From contig NC_042998.1 of NCBI RefSeq assembly GCF_006345805.1, positions 207,576,001-207,640,000 on the forward strand: DNA of 64,000 nucleotides, given 5' to 3'. Position numbers and translations under genes: made by a program. Under the pieces are notes generated by a model. That model was not told the DNA's origin, did not search any database, and saw nothing but the letters and a program-made list of their open reading frames with translations. This DNA is from Octopus sinensis. Lineage: Eukaryota. Positions 50,781 through 64,000 of the stretch are shown here, one piece after another; the first letter of the stretch is position 1; the number at the start of each line of letters is the position of its first letter.

Positions 50781-52305
50781 ACACTGTTTCTGCCTTCTCA
50801 GATCCCCATTGTAGGACCATAGCCTAACTATATTGCCATAAAAGGCAAAGGCCATCTATGAGAAATTAACTGTGTCACCATTAAATGCTTTAATGCTTAT
50901 ATAAATATGGTTTGGCCGGTCAGATTGGCTGATGTATAACTAAATAAGCAGTAGATTTGAAAATAAGTTTTGTGAATTTTCCTATGAAATAGTTCTGTTG
51001 AAGTTTCTAGAAGCTTTGATTGAATATTATAAAAGCCGGGTTATTGAACACTCATGCAGAACGACCTACTTAATAATGTGTACTTCTGACAACATTTTAA
51101 CAACAAAGATGATATTGAATGATAACACACCCCGCCTCTCATGCCTCCAATAAACCATTGCCGTGTCATGTTTACAATACTATGTTAATATCAATGTTAT
51201 GTTTTCTTGTACCATATTGTTATCACTGTCGCTTTTACATTATCATTTTGATGTCTGTATGTTTGCTGTACTATGTTGTTATCAGTATTTACAATATGTT
51301 TATAATACCATGTTGATATCCTTGATGTGCTTACAATACTGTGTTGATATCAATATTTACAATATGCTTGTTTTGTTTATATTTTGTTCTGTTCACGTTG
51401 TTATATCAATGTTATGTTTGCAATATTTTCCAATATTTATATAAAGCATTGTTATGTTTATTGTTATGTATATCTCTGGTCTCTCAACAATGTATATTCT
51501 GTTATGTTTACATTATTGCGTTTCTTTTAATATATATTGTCCCGTGTCATCATGTTCACATTATATTGCTTTGTTTCATTACTGTTACAATGTCCAATAT
51601 ACCATCTACTATAATAATACTCTTGTGTTTTTCTCCATCACAACATATGAATGAGAAAGGAAGGGGTGATGGCAGACTGGTAGTGGGAGCATTTCCACTG
51701 TGTGTGAGTATATGTGTGTGTGTAAAATGGAGGTGTGCAAATGTTTGTGTGTACGTGCACGTGTGTGTGTGTGTGTAGAAGGGAGGTATGTGAATAGAAG
51801 GTAGTGAGCTGGCAGAAATGTTAGCACACCGGGCGGAATACGTAGCGGTATTTCGTCTGCCGTTACGTTCTGAGTTCAAATTCCACCAAGGTCAACTTTG
51901 CCTTTCGTCCTTTCAGGGTCGATTAAATAAGTACCAGTTATGCACTGGGGTTGATACAATCGACTTAATCCATTTGTCTGTCCTTGTTTGTCCCCTCTAT
52001 GTTTAGCCCCTTGTGGGTAGTAAAGAAATAGGTATGTGTGTGTGTGTGTGTGTGTAATGGAAGTGGGATGGTAAACATTCAATGCTGAAAAGAAAAATCA
52101 AACAGCGTTTCAACTCTGTGTGAGTGTATGTCTGTATCGTGTGTGTGTGTACAAGGGAAGTATGTGAATGTGTGTGAACATTGAAAAGTGTATTAATTTG
52201 ATTTACCATCCATATTTATATATAAAATACTACAATTAGCCGTCATTTTTGATAGCACAGGGCCAGCTTGTACTGTCATAATGTTACAATGTCTGTTATA
52301 ACGTA

Positions 52306-52620
52306 GTAAGACTGTTTGTCAACATAACATGGCAGTCCTGGTTTAGGACAAATGTTGCTGTAATTTAGCCCCAGGAGACATCGTCTCCAGCTGGCTATGC
52401 AACACGATCTGTGTCCTTATATTTTCAAACAAGGGAATCTAGCACTCTCACTCAGCTCAAAACAATATCTGTGTATCGTGATTTCTGGGATATTGTTTGA
52501 AAATATAAGGACACGGATCATGTCGTATAGTCAGCTGGAGACGATGTCTCCTGGGGCTAAATTACAGCAAAATTCGTCCTAAACCAGGACTGCCATGTTA
52601 TGTTGGCAGACAATCTTTAC
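52306..52620. mobile_element. Fold-back element with about 125-bp inverted arms
   Basis: 52306-52431 versus 52493-52620; shares cagctggagacgatg(a)tctcctggggctaaa with the 8938-9618 element. Confidence 0.7.
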
Positions 52621-53145
52621 TCCAACAGTACTGTTGGTGAATATCTCTCGTTGTGAGATTTCAAAGATAGTAATTTTCTAGTCTGTTATAATGTCCAGTA
52701 TACATACCATTGTGTCACTACCATTGTGTAATAATAATGTTCCCTACACCACTGTGTAATTCCCCACATCACGCCCCATCATTGCAGTGTCCAATGCCCA
52801 CACTGCATCCCCATTCAGAATGGAATTCTCTTGTCTGTACGGATGCGATTATTGATAAAAGCCCAAATTCTAAGTTGAAGTGTTCAAAATGAAATTTGTT
52901 TAGACAATATCAAGCCAATACTACAAACACCTCACACACACACAACAACAATAACAACAACACTATAGGGGGTTTTCTTTACAAGGAAGCCATATATATT
53001 TATGTTAGCCTGTTTTTTGAAGATGTCCTTGTTTTCTTAACTATGTGGGATTGTCAGGGACCATCTGGTGACAAAGATAATATCTCCACACCTTGTTTGT
53101 GAAATTCTCGTTCAGGTTTTATGTTGAGATTAAACATATTTAAAT

Positions 53146-53600
53146 CATCATCATCATCATCATCATCATTTAGCGTCCGTTTTCCATGCTAGCAGGGGTT
53201 GGACGGTGCAACTGGGGTCTGTGAAGCCAGAAGGCTGCATCAGGCCCAGTCTGATCTGGCAGTGTTTCTATGGCTGGATGCCCTTCCTAACGCCAACCAC
53301 TCCGTGAGTGTAGTGGGTGCTTTTTACGTGCCACCGGCACAGGTGCCAGGCGAGGCTGGCATCGGCCACGGTCGGATTGGTGCATTTTATGTGCCACCAG
53401 CACGGAAGCCAGTCGAGGCGGCACTGGCTTTGGCCACGATTCGGATGGTGCTTTTTACGTGCCACCGACACGGAAGCCGGTCGAGGCGGCGGTGGCATCG
53501 GCCACGATTCGGATAGTGCTTTTTACGTATCTCCAGTCCAGGGGTCCTGGCATCTGCCGGGTGCCAGTATAGGATTGGTTCAATTTCGATTCCGATTTAA
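53146..53600 (-). mobile_element. RTE LINE 3' end
   Basis: Very similar to 5491-5850. Confidence 0.82.
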
Positions 53601-53874
53601 TTTTAATATTTTAATATTCCGATTTAAATAATAATAATAATAATGATAATGATAATTTCAAATGTTGGTACAAGGCCAGTAATTTTAGGGGGACAGGGTT
53701 AGTTGATTTCATTGACCCCAGCACTCAAGTGGAACTTATTTTAGTAATGTTATAAGGGTGAAAGGCAAACCCTTCTTCAGTGAAAATGAACCCAAAATGT
53801 AAAGAGCCATTTAGCATTTTAGGCCCATGTTTTAACAATTCTTCTAGCTCACCGCCTTGATAATAATAATAATA

Positions 53875-54037
53875 GGTGCAGGAGTGGCTATGTGGTAAGT
53901 AGCTTGCTTACGAACCACATGGTTCCGGGTTCAGTCCCACTGCATGACACCTTGGGCAAGTGTCTTCTACTATAGCCTCAGGCCGACCAAAGCCTTGTGA
54001 GTGGATTTGGTAGACGGAAACTGAAAGAAGCCCGTCG

Positions 54038-54080
<43 letters not shown>

Positions 54081-54280
54081 TGTGTGTGTGTGTGTGTATA
54101 CATTTGTGTGTCTGTGTTTGTCACCCCAACATTGCTTGGCAACCAACTTAGCGGTTTGGCAAATGAGACTGATAGAATAAGTACTAGGCTTCCAAGGAAT
54201 AAGTCCTGGGGTCGATTTGCTCAACTAAAGGTGGTGCTCCAGCATGGCCACAGTCAAATGACTGAAACAAGTAAAAGAGT
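53875..54280 (+). mobile_element. SINE family B
   Basis: Family match. Confidence 0.82.
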
Positions 54281-55671
54281 ACTCATGGTCAAAGGATTGT
54301 AGTTTCGATTCCCAGACTCGGCGTTGTGTATGTTTATTGAGCGAAAACACATAAAGCTCCACAAGACTCCAGCAGGGGCTGGTGGTGAGCCCTACTGTAT
54401 TCTTTCACCACAACTTTCTCTATTCCTTCCTGTTTCTGTTGTACCTGTATTTCAAAGGGCCAGCCTTGTCACACTCTGTGTCACACTGAATCTCCTTAAG
54501 GATACACACGTCTGTGGAGTACTCAGCCACTTGCACATTAATTTCCTGAGCAGGCTGTTCCATAGATCGGATCAACTGGAACCCTCGTTACAACTGACGG
54601 AGTGCCACAATTATTAGATTGATCTCTGTGCTTCCTTATTCTCAGTTTCCGAAACCCAGGAACCAGGCAAGAATTTGGATGCAGACATGGGTGTGTGGTT
54701 AAAAAGCTTGCTTTCCAACCATATGGTCTCAAGTTCAATCCCACTGTGTGGCACCTCAAGCAGGTGTCTTCTGCTATATCACCCCTCTTACGTGTTTAAC
54801 ATCCGTTTTTTTTTCCATTAGTTAAATGAATGTTATTGGTTTCAAATTTTGGCACAAGGCCAGCAATTTCAGGGGAGGGATTATAATCGATTACATCAAC
54901 CCCTGTGCACAACTGGCTCTTATTTTATTCAAACCCGAAGTATTAAAAGCAAAGTCGACCTCAGTGGAATTTGAACTCAGGACATAAACACAGATGACAT
55001 GTTGCTAAGCATTTTGCCTGATGTGCTAACGATTCTGCCACCTGACCACCTTAAATATCAATAAAACTGTTGATTTCTAATTTTAGCACAGGGCCAGCAA
55101 TTTCGGGAGAGTGGGGTGTGAGTTGATTACATTGACCTCCAGTGCTCATCTAGTCCTTATTTTATCGGCCCTGAAAGGATGAAATGCAAAATTCCCCTTG
55201 ATGCTATTTGAACCCAGAATGTAAAGAAAGACAAAGTACAACAAAGCATTTTGCTTGGCAGGTGAACATTCCAGCCAATTCACTGCCTTAGATGAATAGG
55301 TTATTCACGTATTGTTTAATATCCAGATGCATTTCCTATTTCTAACTAATATCTGTTTTTCAAATAAGAGATCTCTCATTCCACATACACAATCCTATAT
55401 ATATATTTAATTACTCCTGCAACTGCCTCACCGGTTTCATTTTTCCCTCCATTTTCTTTTCCCTCTTCTCAACCAGTTTTCCTTTTTCATTCTCCTCTTT
55501 TACTTTCTCTCTATACTTTTCTTCTGATAAAGGACTAGTGTCCGAAATATTAAGACTCTTTTCCTTCGTTTTTAAGTGTTAAACTAATACAATTTGTTAA
55601 AACTTGTCTTACCTGTGTTGTCGTTTTTCCTTTTCGTTTCTGTTCATTGCCTTCACAATATATACATACAT

Positions 55672-56760
55672 GCAAGACATGGGATGAGGTGGTAAATCAT
55701 GATCTTCGAACGTTAGGCCTCACAGAGGCAATGACGAAAGACTGAGACCTCTGGAGATATGCTGTGACTGCGAAGACTCAGCAAATAAAGTGAGTTCACG
55801 GCTGTATCCTATACCAGTTTTGCATAACCAGCCCAAGTCCATTCAAAAGTACCTTAGATTGTAGGGCGACCTGCTGTGCTTGAGGAGACCTATTGTGTTA
55901 AGTACATCAACATCAAAATGAAAATCAAATGGAAATTGTAGTTGTGATATCCGTGCCGGTAGCGTGGAAAAAGCACCATCCAAACGTGGCCGATGTCAGC
56001 CTCCTCTGGCCTCTGTGCTGGTGGTATGTAAAAAGCACTCCCTATACTCACAGAGTGGTTGGTGTTAGGAAGGGCATCCAGTGGTAGAAACATTGCCAAT
56101 TCAGATTGGAGCCTGGTGCAGCCTCCTGGCTTCCCAGACTCCAGTCGAACTGTCCAACCCATGCCAAAATGGAAAACGGACGTTAAACGATGATGATGAT
56201 AATGACAATCATCATCATCATCATCATTTTACATCCGTTTTCCGTGCTAGCACAGGTTGGACAGTTCGAATGTGGTCTGGGAAGCCAGGAGGCTGCACCA
56301 GGCTCCAATCTGATCTGACAGTGTTTCTACAGCTGGACACTCTTCCTAATGCCAACCACTCCGAGAGTGTAGTGGGTACTTTTAAGTGCCACTGGCACGG
56401 GGCCAGTCAGGCAGTACTGGCAACGACCTTGCTCGAATCTTTTACACATGCCACCGGTGTGGGTGCCAGTAAGGCGATGCTGGTAATGATCACACTCGAA
56501 TGGTGTCTTTTATATGCCACTGGCACAGGTGCCAGATAGCCGCTCTGGCAACGATCACACTCGGATGGTACTCTTAATACCCTACTAGCACAGGGCTTGA
56601 GTGCCAGTAAGGTGATGCTGGTAATGATCACGCTCGATTGGTGCCTTTAAGTGCTACTGGCACGGAAGCCGGTTAGCCGCTCTGTCAATGATCACACTCG
56701 TATGGTGCTCTTTGCACCCCCGCTAGCATGGACGCCGGTCATCGAATTTGATTTTGATTT
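55672..56760. mobile_element. Tail-to-tail pair of RTE LINE 3' ends (55672-56200 plus, 56208-56760 minus)
   Basis: The plus copy encodes KTWDEVVNHDLRTLGLTEAMTKD*DLWRY; shared core motif on both strands. Confidence 0.82.
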
Positions 56761-57024
56761 TTGATGATGATAATATAGGTAAATGATATAGCTTAGAAGC
56801 AAAGGCAACATATAGTTGGGAGAAAGTCTTGCTGAGGACAAGACCACCTCTCTAGTGCTAGTGCCACAATTAAATACACCCAGTGCAGTCTGTAGAGTGG
56901 TTGGTGATAGGTAGGGCATTTAACCATACAAACTATGCCAAAAATAAAACATTAGAAGTGGTCTGTGGTCCACCAATTTATCTAGAAGGGAAGTAACTTT
57001 GGATAAGAACTGACTTATCTCTCT

Positions 57025-57410
57025 CTGTATAAAGCTGAAGTTGTCTGTGTATGGCAGGTTTGGTAGTCTTCAACTAACACTATCTCCTCCGAGACCCTGT
57101 GGCGCAAGTTGACCAAAATTGAGAGTGTGATAGAAGAAGGCTTGCTCTTCCTTCCGTAGAAAATAAAATTCAAATCGGACCATGTTAACACCAAAAATTA
57201 TTTATATCAAAAAGGTGTTTTTTTTTCTATGAAAATCCCTAGTTTTTACGATTTTTTGACTGCTGTGTTGCCATTTTTCAGTGTATTTCAACCAGAAAAA
57301 TGTTCACTTAAAGAGAATAACAAGCTACATAATGCAAAATTTTTACTTTTCAAAAATTCTAATTCTAAAGGGTTGAAACAAACCTGAGCAATGCAAGGCA
57401 ATGCTGCTAG
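57025..57410 (+). mobile_element. Non-autonomous Helitron-like element
   Basis: Homologous to 4221-4627; ends CTAG|T. Confidence 0.7.
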
Positions 57411-57945
57411 TTCAGTGAAAATCCTGTCTGGCCATGGGAAAATATTACCTTACTTGGAAACAGGTGAGGCTTGGTGACAGATTGGGCATCAGGCCATAAA
57501 AAATCTGACTCTTGCAAGGATGGGAAAGTGGATGTTAAAATTATGATAATGATGATGGCTTGGCACTCCATTGGTTACGACAACGAGGGTCCCTGTTGAT
57601 CCGATCAAGGGAACAGCCTGCTTATGAAATTAATGTGCCAGTGGTTGAGCGCTCTGTAGAAATATGTGCCCTTAGCAAAGTTTTCAGGGAGATTCAGCAT
57701 GATGCATAGACTATGACAAGGCTGGCCCCCTTTGAATTACTGGTATAACTTACTTTTGCCTGCTGAGTGGATAGGAACAACATGAAATAAAGTCACAAGG
57801 AGACAAACCGCCACCGGGAATTGAAATCATGACCTTAGGATCTTGAGCTGAATACCCTAACCATTAAACTACATGCCTTCCATAATGATGATGATGGTGG
57901 TGATAGTGATAGTGATGGTGGTAGTGATTTCAAGGATGAGGTCTA

Positions 57946-58429
57946 TCTATCTACCCGCTCAGTTGAAGTCGACTCTCGGTTACTCGATGGATCAGTATCT
58001 TCCAGCCAGTTCTATCCTGGGTTGCTTCTTTCAGGTTGGCTATGGCCATTCCCGTGTCACTCTTAATAGTGTCAAACCAACGGGTTCTTGATCGACCTCT
58101 TCCTCTCTTGCCACTGACCATTCCAAGCATGATGTCCTTCTCCAGGGATTTTCTCCGCATAATATGACCAAAATATGCCAATCTATGCTTGGTGATCCTA
58201 GCTTCTAGCGACAGTTTCGGCTTGATCTGGTTAAGAACTTCTCCATTGGTGAGCCTCGCTGTCCATGGAATCTGCAAAAGTCTTCTCCAACACCAAAGCT
58301 CGAATGCATTAATTCTCTTCTGGTCAGCTTTCTTTAGTGTCCAGGTCTCGCATCCATATGTTGCTATTGGGAAGACGATTGCATTCACCAATCAGCATTT
58401 GGTAGTGAGGCTGATGTCTCTACTCTTTC
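57946..58429 (-). mobile_element. 5'-truncated BovB-like RTE LINE with 13-bp TSD
   Basis: KSRDISLTTK..VFPIATYGCETWT..AFELWCWRRLL.IPWTAR..YFGHIMRR.SLEK; (TAGA)n tail; TSD AGGATGAGGTCTA at 57933-57945 and 58430-58442. Confidence 0.9.
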
Positions 58430-59415
58430 AGGATGAGGTCTACCATAGTTTAATAACAGCGTGCATTTGAGGGCAAGGGTTTATGATGCTGTTTCTAATG
58501 GATGTTGTTGTTGTTAATGATGGTGGTTCTGTGAGCTGTTGTTGTTGTTGTTGTTGCTGATGTGATGGTTGTGGCTGTTACTAGAATTTATTGTTGTTGT
58601 TGAGCATTTTTTTTATTACACAACAACTTTTTTATTCTTTCATTTTTTTACTTGTTTCAGTCATTTGACTGCTCCCATGCTGGAGCACCACCTTTAGTCA
58701 AACAAATTGACCCCAGGACTTATTCTTTGTAAGCCTGATCCGCTAAGTTACGGGGACGTAACCACACCAGCATCGCTTGTCAAGCAATGGTGGTGGGGAC
58801 AAACGCAGACACTCACACACACACACACACACACACACATACATACATATATATAATTGAACAATGCAACCATTACATCAATTTAATTGCAGAGCAATCC
58901 TCAGCTGTGTAAATACATAGAATTAAATTAAATTAAAACAGTTGGACACATTAGTATAATTTTACCTAAAACCTCCAAGAAGGTAAGGAGATAGACAAAA
59001 GTCATGCTGTCTTCACTTCAGCTCAGAAGGTACTATTTAAATTGATGTAATGATTGCATTGTTCAATTAAATGGAGTTGCCTGAAACGATCGTACTGCAT
59101 TACCTCTGGACATCTTTGTTGCTTATTTTGATTTTAATCACCTTACTTTGAAATTGTATGGATAATACCGTATTAAATTCTGGTGCCTCAACTTAAGTAC
59201 CATATACATCTGAATCTAAATGTTTGCTTATATATATATATACATAGATGCAGTTCCGGCAGCCTGGGGTGTTTGTCTCCCCTTCGTATATGTATATAAG
59301 GACACAGGGAAAAAATGTGTCAAAGCTATCAGGAGGCGTTCGATGCTTCCTAGGGCTATACTGCGGTGGTGTACCCCCTACTGTCACGTTCTTGTTAGAT
59401 TGACAGTATACAACC

Positions 59416-59464
<49 letters not shown>

Positions 59465-60355
59465 GATGGGCTTCTTTCAGTTTCCGTCTACCAAATCCAC
59501 TTACAAGGTTTTGGTCAGCCCAAGGCTATCATAGAAGACACTTGCCCAAGGTGCCATGCAGTGGGACTGAACCCAGAACCATGTGGCTGGTAAACAAGCT
59601 TCTTACCACAGAGCCACTCCTGTGCATATATCAACAATAAGCACTTCGAAGATTATGTTAAGGAGGACGGGGGTGTAGCAGTGGTGGTGGTGGTGGTAGT
59701 GGTTGTAGAGGTGGTGGTGGTGGTGGTGGTATGGGCGTAGAGGTGGCAGTGGTGGTGGTGGTAGAATGTCCTGAACAACCACAATTGACACAAACCAAGC
59801 CTTTATAGTCTTAAAGAACACCAACCTCTGACCCCAACCTATGACCTCTTGACCTAACCCTGACAGTTCACTAAGCTTCAAGGAGACTTGTGTGTGTGTG
59901 TGCGTGTGTGTGTGTGTGTATTTGTATGTGTGTTTGTGTGTCTGCATGTGCGTGTGTGTGCATTGCGTGTGCACATGTGTGTGCATGTGCGCATGTGTGT
60001 GTGAGTGTGTGCATGTGTGTGTGCATTTGTGTGTATGTGTGCATTTGTGTGTATGTGTGCATTTGTATGTGTGTGTGTGTGCGTAAGTGTTTGTGCATGT
60101 ATGTGTGTGCATGTGTATATGCATTTGTGTGTGTGCATGTGTGTGCACATGTGCTTCTTCATGTGCGTTTGTTTCCCCACACACACCCACACTTGACATC
60201 TGGTTTTGGTGTGTTTCCGGCACCATAACTTAGTGGTTCAGCAAAAGTACCAGACTCAAAGAAAAAAGTACTGAGGTTGATTCATTTGACTAAAATTTCT
60301 TCCAAGCAGTGCCCCAGCATGGCCACCGTCTAATGACTGAAACAGATGTAAGATA

Positions 60356-60410
<55 letters not shown>

Positions 60411-60466
60411 TATATATATACATATATATACATATATACACACATATATATACAGACACACACATA

Positions 60467-61348
60467 CAAGGGGTGCGATGGATAAAGTAAATTGTCGTCA
60501 TTTTATATTTTTAACTTCATGCATGCACATTGTTTGTTTTTGATTATGTTGACTACACAGTATAGTAGGGTCAGTTGGGCACCATCTTTGAGAAAAAAAA
60601 TACCACCTTGACACAATTCACTCTGTCAGAAATTTGGAAATGACAAGCTGTACTGCTTGGCATTTGAGCTAGAAACTCCGATATGGATGTTTCAGAGTGT
60701 TTGGGGGAAAATTTGAGGAGAGGTACCAAGAGTGATAAAAATCAAACATCCAGTCAACATCATGCTGTCTGAAGTGATCACTAATGATGGTAACGTTATG
60801 CCTCCATCCATCTTCCAACACGGCCTCACACTCAACACAGAGACCTACAACAAATGCCTAAAGGAGGTAGTGCTGCCCTAGGTCAAGAGGGTGGCTTCTG
60901 GAAGACCCTATGCCTGGCAAAAAGACTCTGCCCCATACCACACAACCAGGAGAACCCAGTCATGGCTGTCAGACAATTTCTGTGACCACATCACTCCTAA
61001 CATATGGCCACCTAACTCCTCAGACTGCAACCCCCTAGATTATTATGCATGGGGCACAGTTGAACGAGAGACCAACAAAACTCCTTGTAACACCAAAGAT
61101 GAACTGAAGGCAAAGATCATGGCAGCATTGACCAACTTAAACAAGGAGACTGTCCATAAGAGTTGCAGGAGATTCTGAAGTCGTCTGGAGTCTGCGGTTG
61201 AGGTCAATGGCGATTTTTATTGAATAAATTTACTCTTTAGTATTTCAAAATATTTTAATGTAATTTTGGTAAATATATCTTAAAATGAGAGGTCGCTGTA
61301 ATTTTTCTTTTTGTATAATTTAAACGACAGTTTATTCATCGCACCCTG
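60467..61348 (+). mobile_element. Internally deleted Tc1/mariner element of the DD37D (maT) type; transposase pseudogene
   Basis: TIRs cagggtgcgatg(a/g)ataaa with flanking TA; WQKDSAPYH..WPPNSSDCNPLDYYAW with 37 residues between the last two Asp; stops in frame. Confidence 0.88.
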
Positions 61349-61394
<46 letters not shown>

Positions 61395-61408
61395 AATGTA
61401 TGTGTGTG

Positions 61409-61441
<33 letters not shown>

Positions 61442-62019
61442 ATGTTTGTGTTTGTCTCATCCAGCCGCTACTTGACAATTAGTGTTGGTTTGTTTACATT
61501 CCTGTTACTTAGTGAGTCAGCAAAAGTGATGTCCCGAATAAGGGTCTGACTTAAAAAATATTATACCAGGGATGAATTTGTTTGACTAAATCTTTCAAGG
61601 AGGTGCCCAAGCAAGGCTGCTGTCCAATGACTGGAACAAGTAAAAGAATAAAAGGATATATATATATATATATATAATTAAATTGTGTATGTGCATTTGA
61701 TTATGTGTGTGTGTGTGTATGTGAGTGTGTGAGTGCAGATACACACACACACTTACACACATACATGGCAGTGAGAGAGGTAGAGTGGAGGAAGACAGTT
61801 TGGAAGTTTGTTATTATTGTATGTGTTGCTGAAACGGCTGTCAAATCATAGGTAGAGACCCACTTGGCAAATGGCCTGAAGAACTTTTCTGCAATATGTG
61901 AGGGTGTGAGAGAACTTGCAGGCCCTTCTTTGCATTGCTCTTGCAAATGATGATGGTCAGGGGCTTTGTTTAGCTGTTGCACTACATAGCAACACGAACG
62001 ATGCAGCTGTATATAAGAT

Positions 62020-63410
62020 AGCAACACTATAGTCTTGTATCACATAGCAACATTATAGTGCTGCAGCTAAGTACACAATAGCAACACAATAGTGTTGTTG
62101 CTATGTACAAGTTAGCAACACTAGGGCTGCAGCTGGGTACATGATAGCAACACTATAGTATTGTTGCTATGTACAAGTTAGCAATACTAGAGCTGTGGCT
62201 GAGTACATGATAGCCACACTATAGTGTTGTTGCTATGTACAAGTTAGCAACATTAGAACTGTAGCTGGGTACATGATAGCAACACTATAGTATTCTTGCT
62301 ATGTACAAGTTAGCAACACTGGAGCTGCAGCTGGGTACATGATAGCAACACTATAGTGTTGTTGCTATGTACAAGTTAGCAACACTAGAGCTGCGGCTAG
62401 GTACATGATAGCCACCCTATAGTGTTGTTGCTATGTACAAGTTAGCAATACTAGAGCTGCGGCTGGGTACATGATAGCAACACTATAGTGTTTTTGCTAT
62501 GTACAAGTTAGCAACATTAGAACTGTAGCTGGGTACATGATAGCAACACTATAGTATTGTTGTTATGTACAAGTTAGCAACACTAGAGCTGCAGCTGGGT
62601 ACATGATAGAAACACCATAGTATTGTTGCTATGTACAAGTTAGCAACAGTTGAGCATATGATGGCAACACTATGGTATTGTTGCTATGTACAGGTTAGCA
62701 ACTCCGGGACTGCAGCTGGGTACATGATAGCAACACTATAGTGTTGTTGCTATGTACAAGTTAGCAACACTAGAGCTTCAGCGGGGTACATGATAGCAAC
62801 ACTATAGTGTTGTTGCTATGTACAAGTTAGCAATACTAGAGCTTCAGCGGGGTACATGATAGCAACACTATAGTGTTGTTGCTATGTACAAGTTAGCAAC
62901 ATTGGAGCTGCAGCTGGGTACATGATAGCAACACTATCGTGTTGTTGCTATGTACAAGTTAGCAACACTAGGACTGCAGCTGGGTACATGATAGAAACAC
63001 CATAGTATTGTTGCTATGTACAAGTTATCAACACTAGAGCCGTAGCTGGGTACATGATAGCAACACTATAGTATTGTTGCTATATACAAGTTAGCAACAG
63101 TTGAGCATATGATGGCAACACTATGGTATTGTTGCTATGTACAGGTTAGCAACTCCGGGACTGCAGCTGAGCACATGATAGCAACACTATAGTGTTGTTG
63201 CTATGTACAGGTTAGCAACAGTTGAGCATATGATAGCAACACTATAGCATTTTTGTTATGTGATAGTTAGCAACACTGGAGCTACAGTTAAGTACATGAT
63301 AGGAACACTATAGTATTGTTGCTATGTACTAGTTAGTAACACTGGAGATACAGTTATGCACATGTTAGCAACACTATAGCACTGTTGCTATGTACAAAAT
63401 AGCAACATGA
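62020..63410. repeat. 66-bp palindromic minisatellite, about 20 units
   Basis: Unit gatagcaacactatagtgttgttgctatgtacaagttagcaacactagagctgcagctgggtacat (period 62341 to 62407). Confidence 0.95.
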
Positions 63411-63789
63411 TTGTGCTTCAGCTATGTACAAGATGTGGATAGTATAGTACAATTGCTATGCATATGCTGACCCCTGATGGTGTGGCTGTCTTGTGTCTGA
63501 TAGTACTGTTGCCATTTATGCAATAGCAACTCTAGAGTACAACAGCAATGTACGAAATAGCAACATTGCAATAGTTGAACCATATTCTACAATGCTTGTA
63601 CTCTGCAGTGCCAAATGCCAAAACTCATTTACAATGGCTGGGTGTTTATTTATAAGTGGTGTGCATGTGAGACGAAAGCACTTCAAGACTGTCAGCGCCG
63701 TTAGAAATTGGTTAGAAGACAGTTTTGCAGTGAGTGTTCCACCGCTGAATCTCTGTTATTTGATTCCTTCTGTTTATTACACAGCTAGA

Positions 63790-63871
63790 ATGATGGCCAC
63801 TGAAGGCACAGCTGAAGAAATTGAGATTGAATTACGTTCACCTGACGAGAAACCCGTTTCAGAATCTGCAC
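63790..63871 (+). CDS. Putative first coding exon of an unidentified gene (MMATEGTAEEIEIELRSPDEKPVSESA..), continuing beyond the window
   Basis: Acceptor ttctgtttattacacag at 63784, ATG at 63790, donor C|gtaact at 63872; protein-like acidic N-terminus. Confidence 0.5.
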
Positions 63872-64000
63872 GTAACTACCGAGTTTTTTCCTTCATCTTT
63901 CAATTTCTATCATTTCCTCATTTTAAACTTCACAGCATCATTCCCCCACCCCACCCCACTCCACGTTATATTTATATCTGAGGCCTTAATTGCTTCCACA

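Noticed and set aside
62020-63410. CRISPR-like palindromic array
   Set aside because: The intervening segments are near-identical rather than unique spacers; no cas genes; eukaryotic context.

Overview
This is eukaryotic, repeat-dominated DNA. The SINE, RTE-LINE and microsatellite landscape suggests a coleoid cephalopod, probably Octopus (inference). Almost all ORFs in the supplied track are microsatellite or transposon artefacts. The one well-supported gene is the 3' part of a VWA3A-like gene on the + strand: ten phase-compatible GT-AG exons from 249 to about 24726, encoding the last vWA domain (MIDAS DTSGS...T...TDG) and a Pro/Thr-rich repeat tail with an apparent 1-nt frameshift. A second, unidentified + strand gene may start near 43.2-43.6 kb, with a first coding exon at about 63785-63871. 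The rest consists of RTE-LINE 3' ends, three tRNA-type SINE families, Tc1/mariner (DD37D), piggyBac-like and Helitron-like non-autonomous elements, and micro/minisatellites. The most interesting hidden signal is a set of small fold-back elements carrying hammerhead-ribozyme folds. One has an intact core (852-912, minus strand) and one has a compensatory U3-A8 core (9091-9133, minus strand). They resemble Penelope-like or retrozyme elements.
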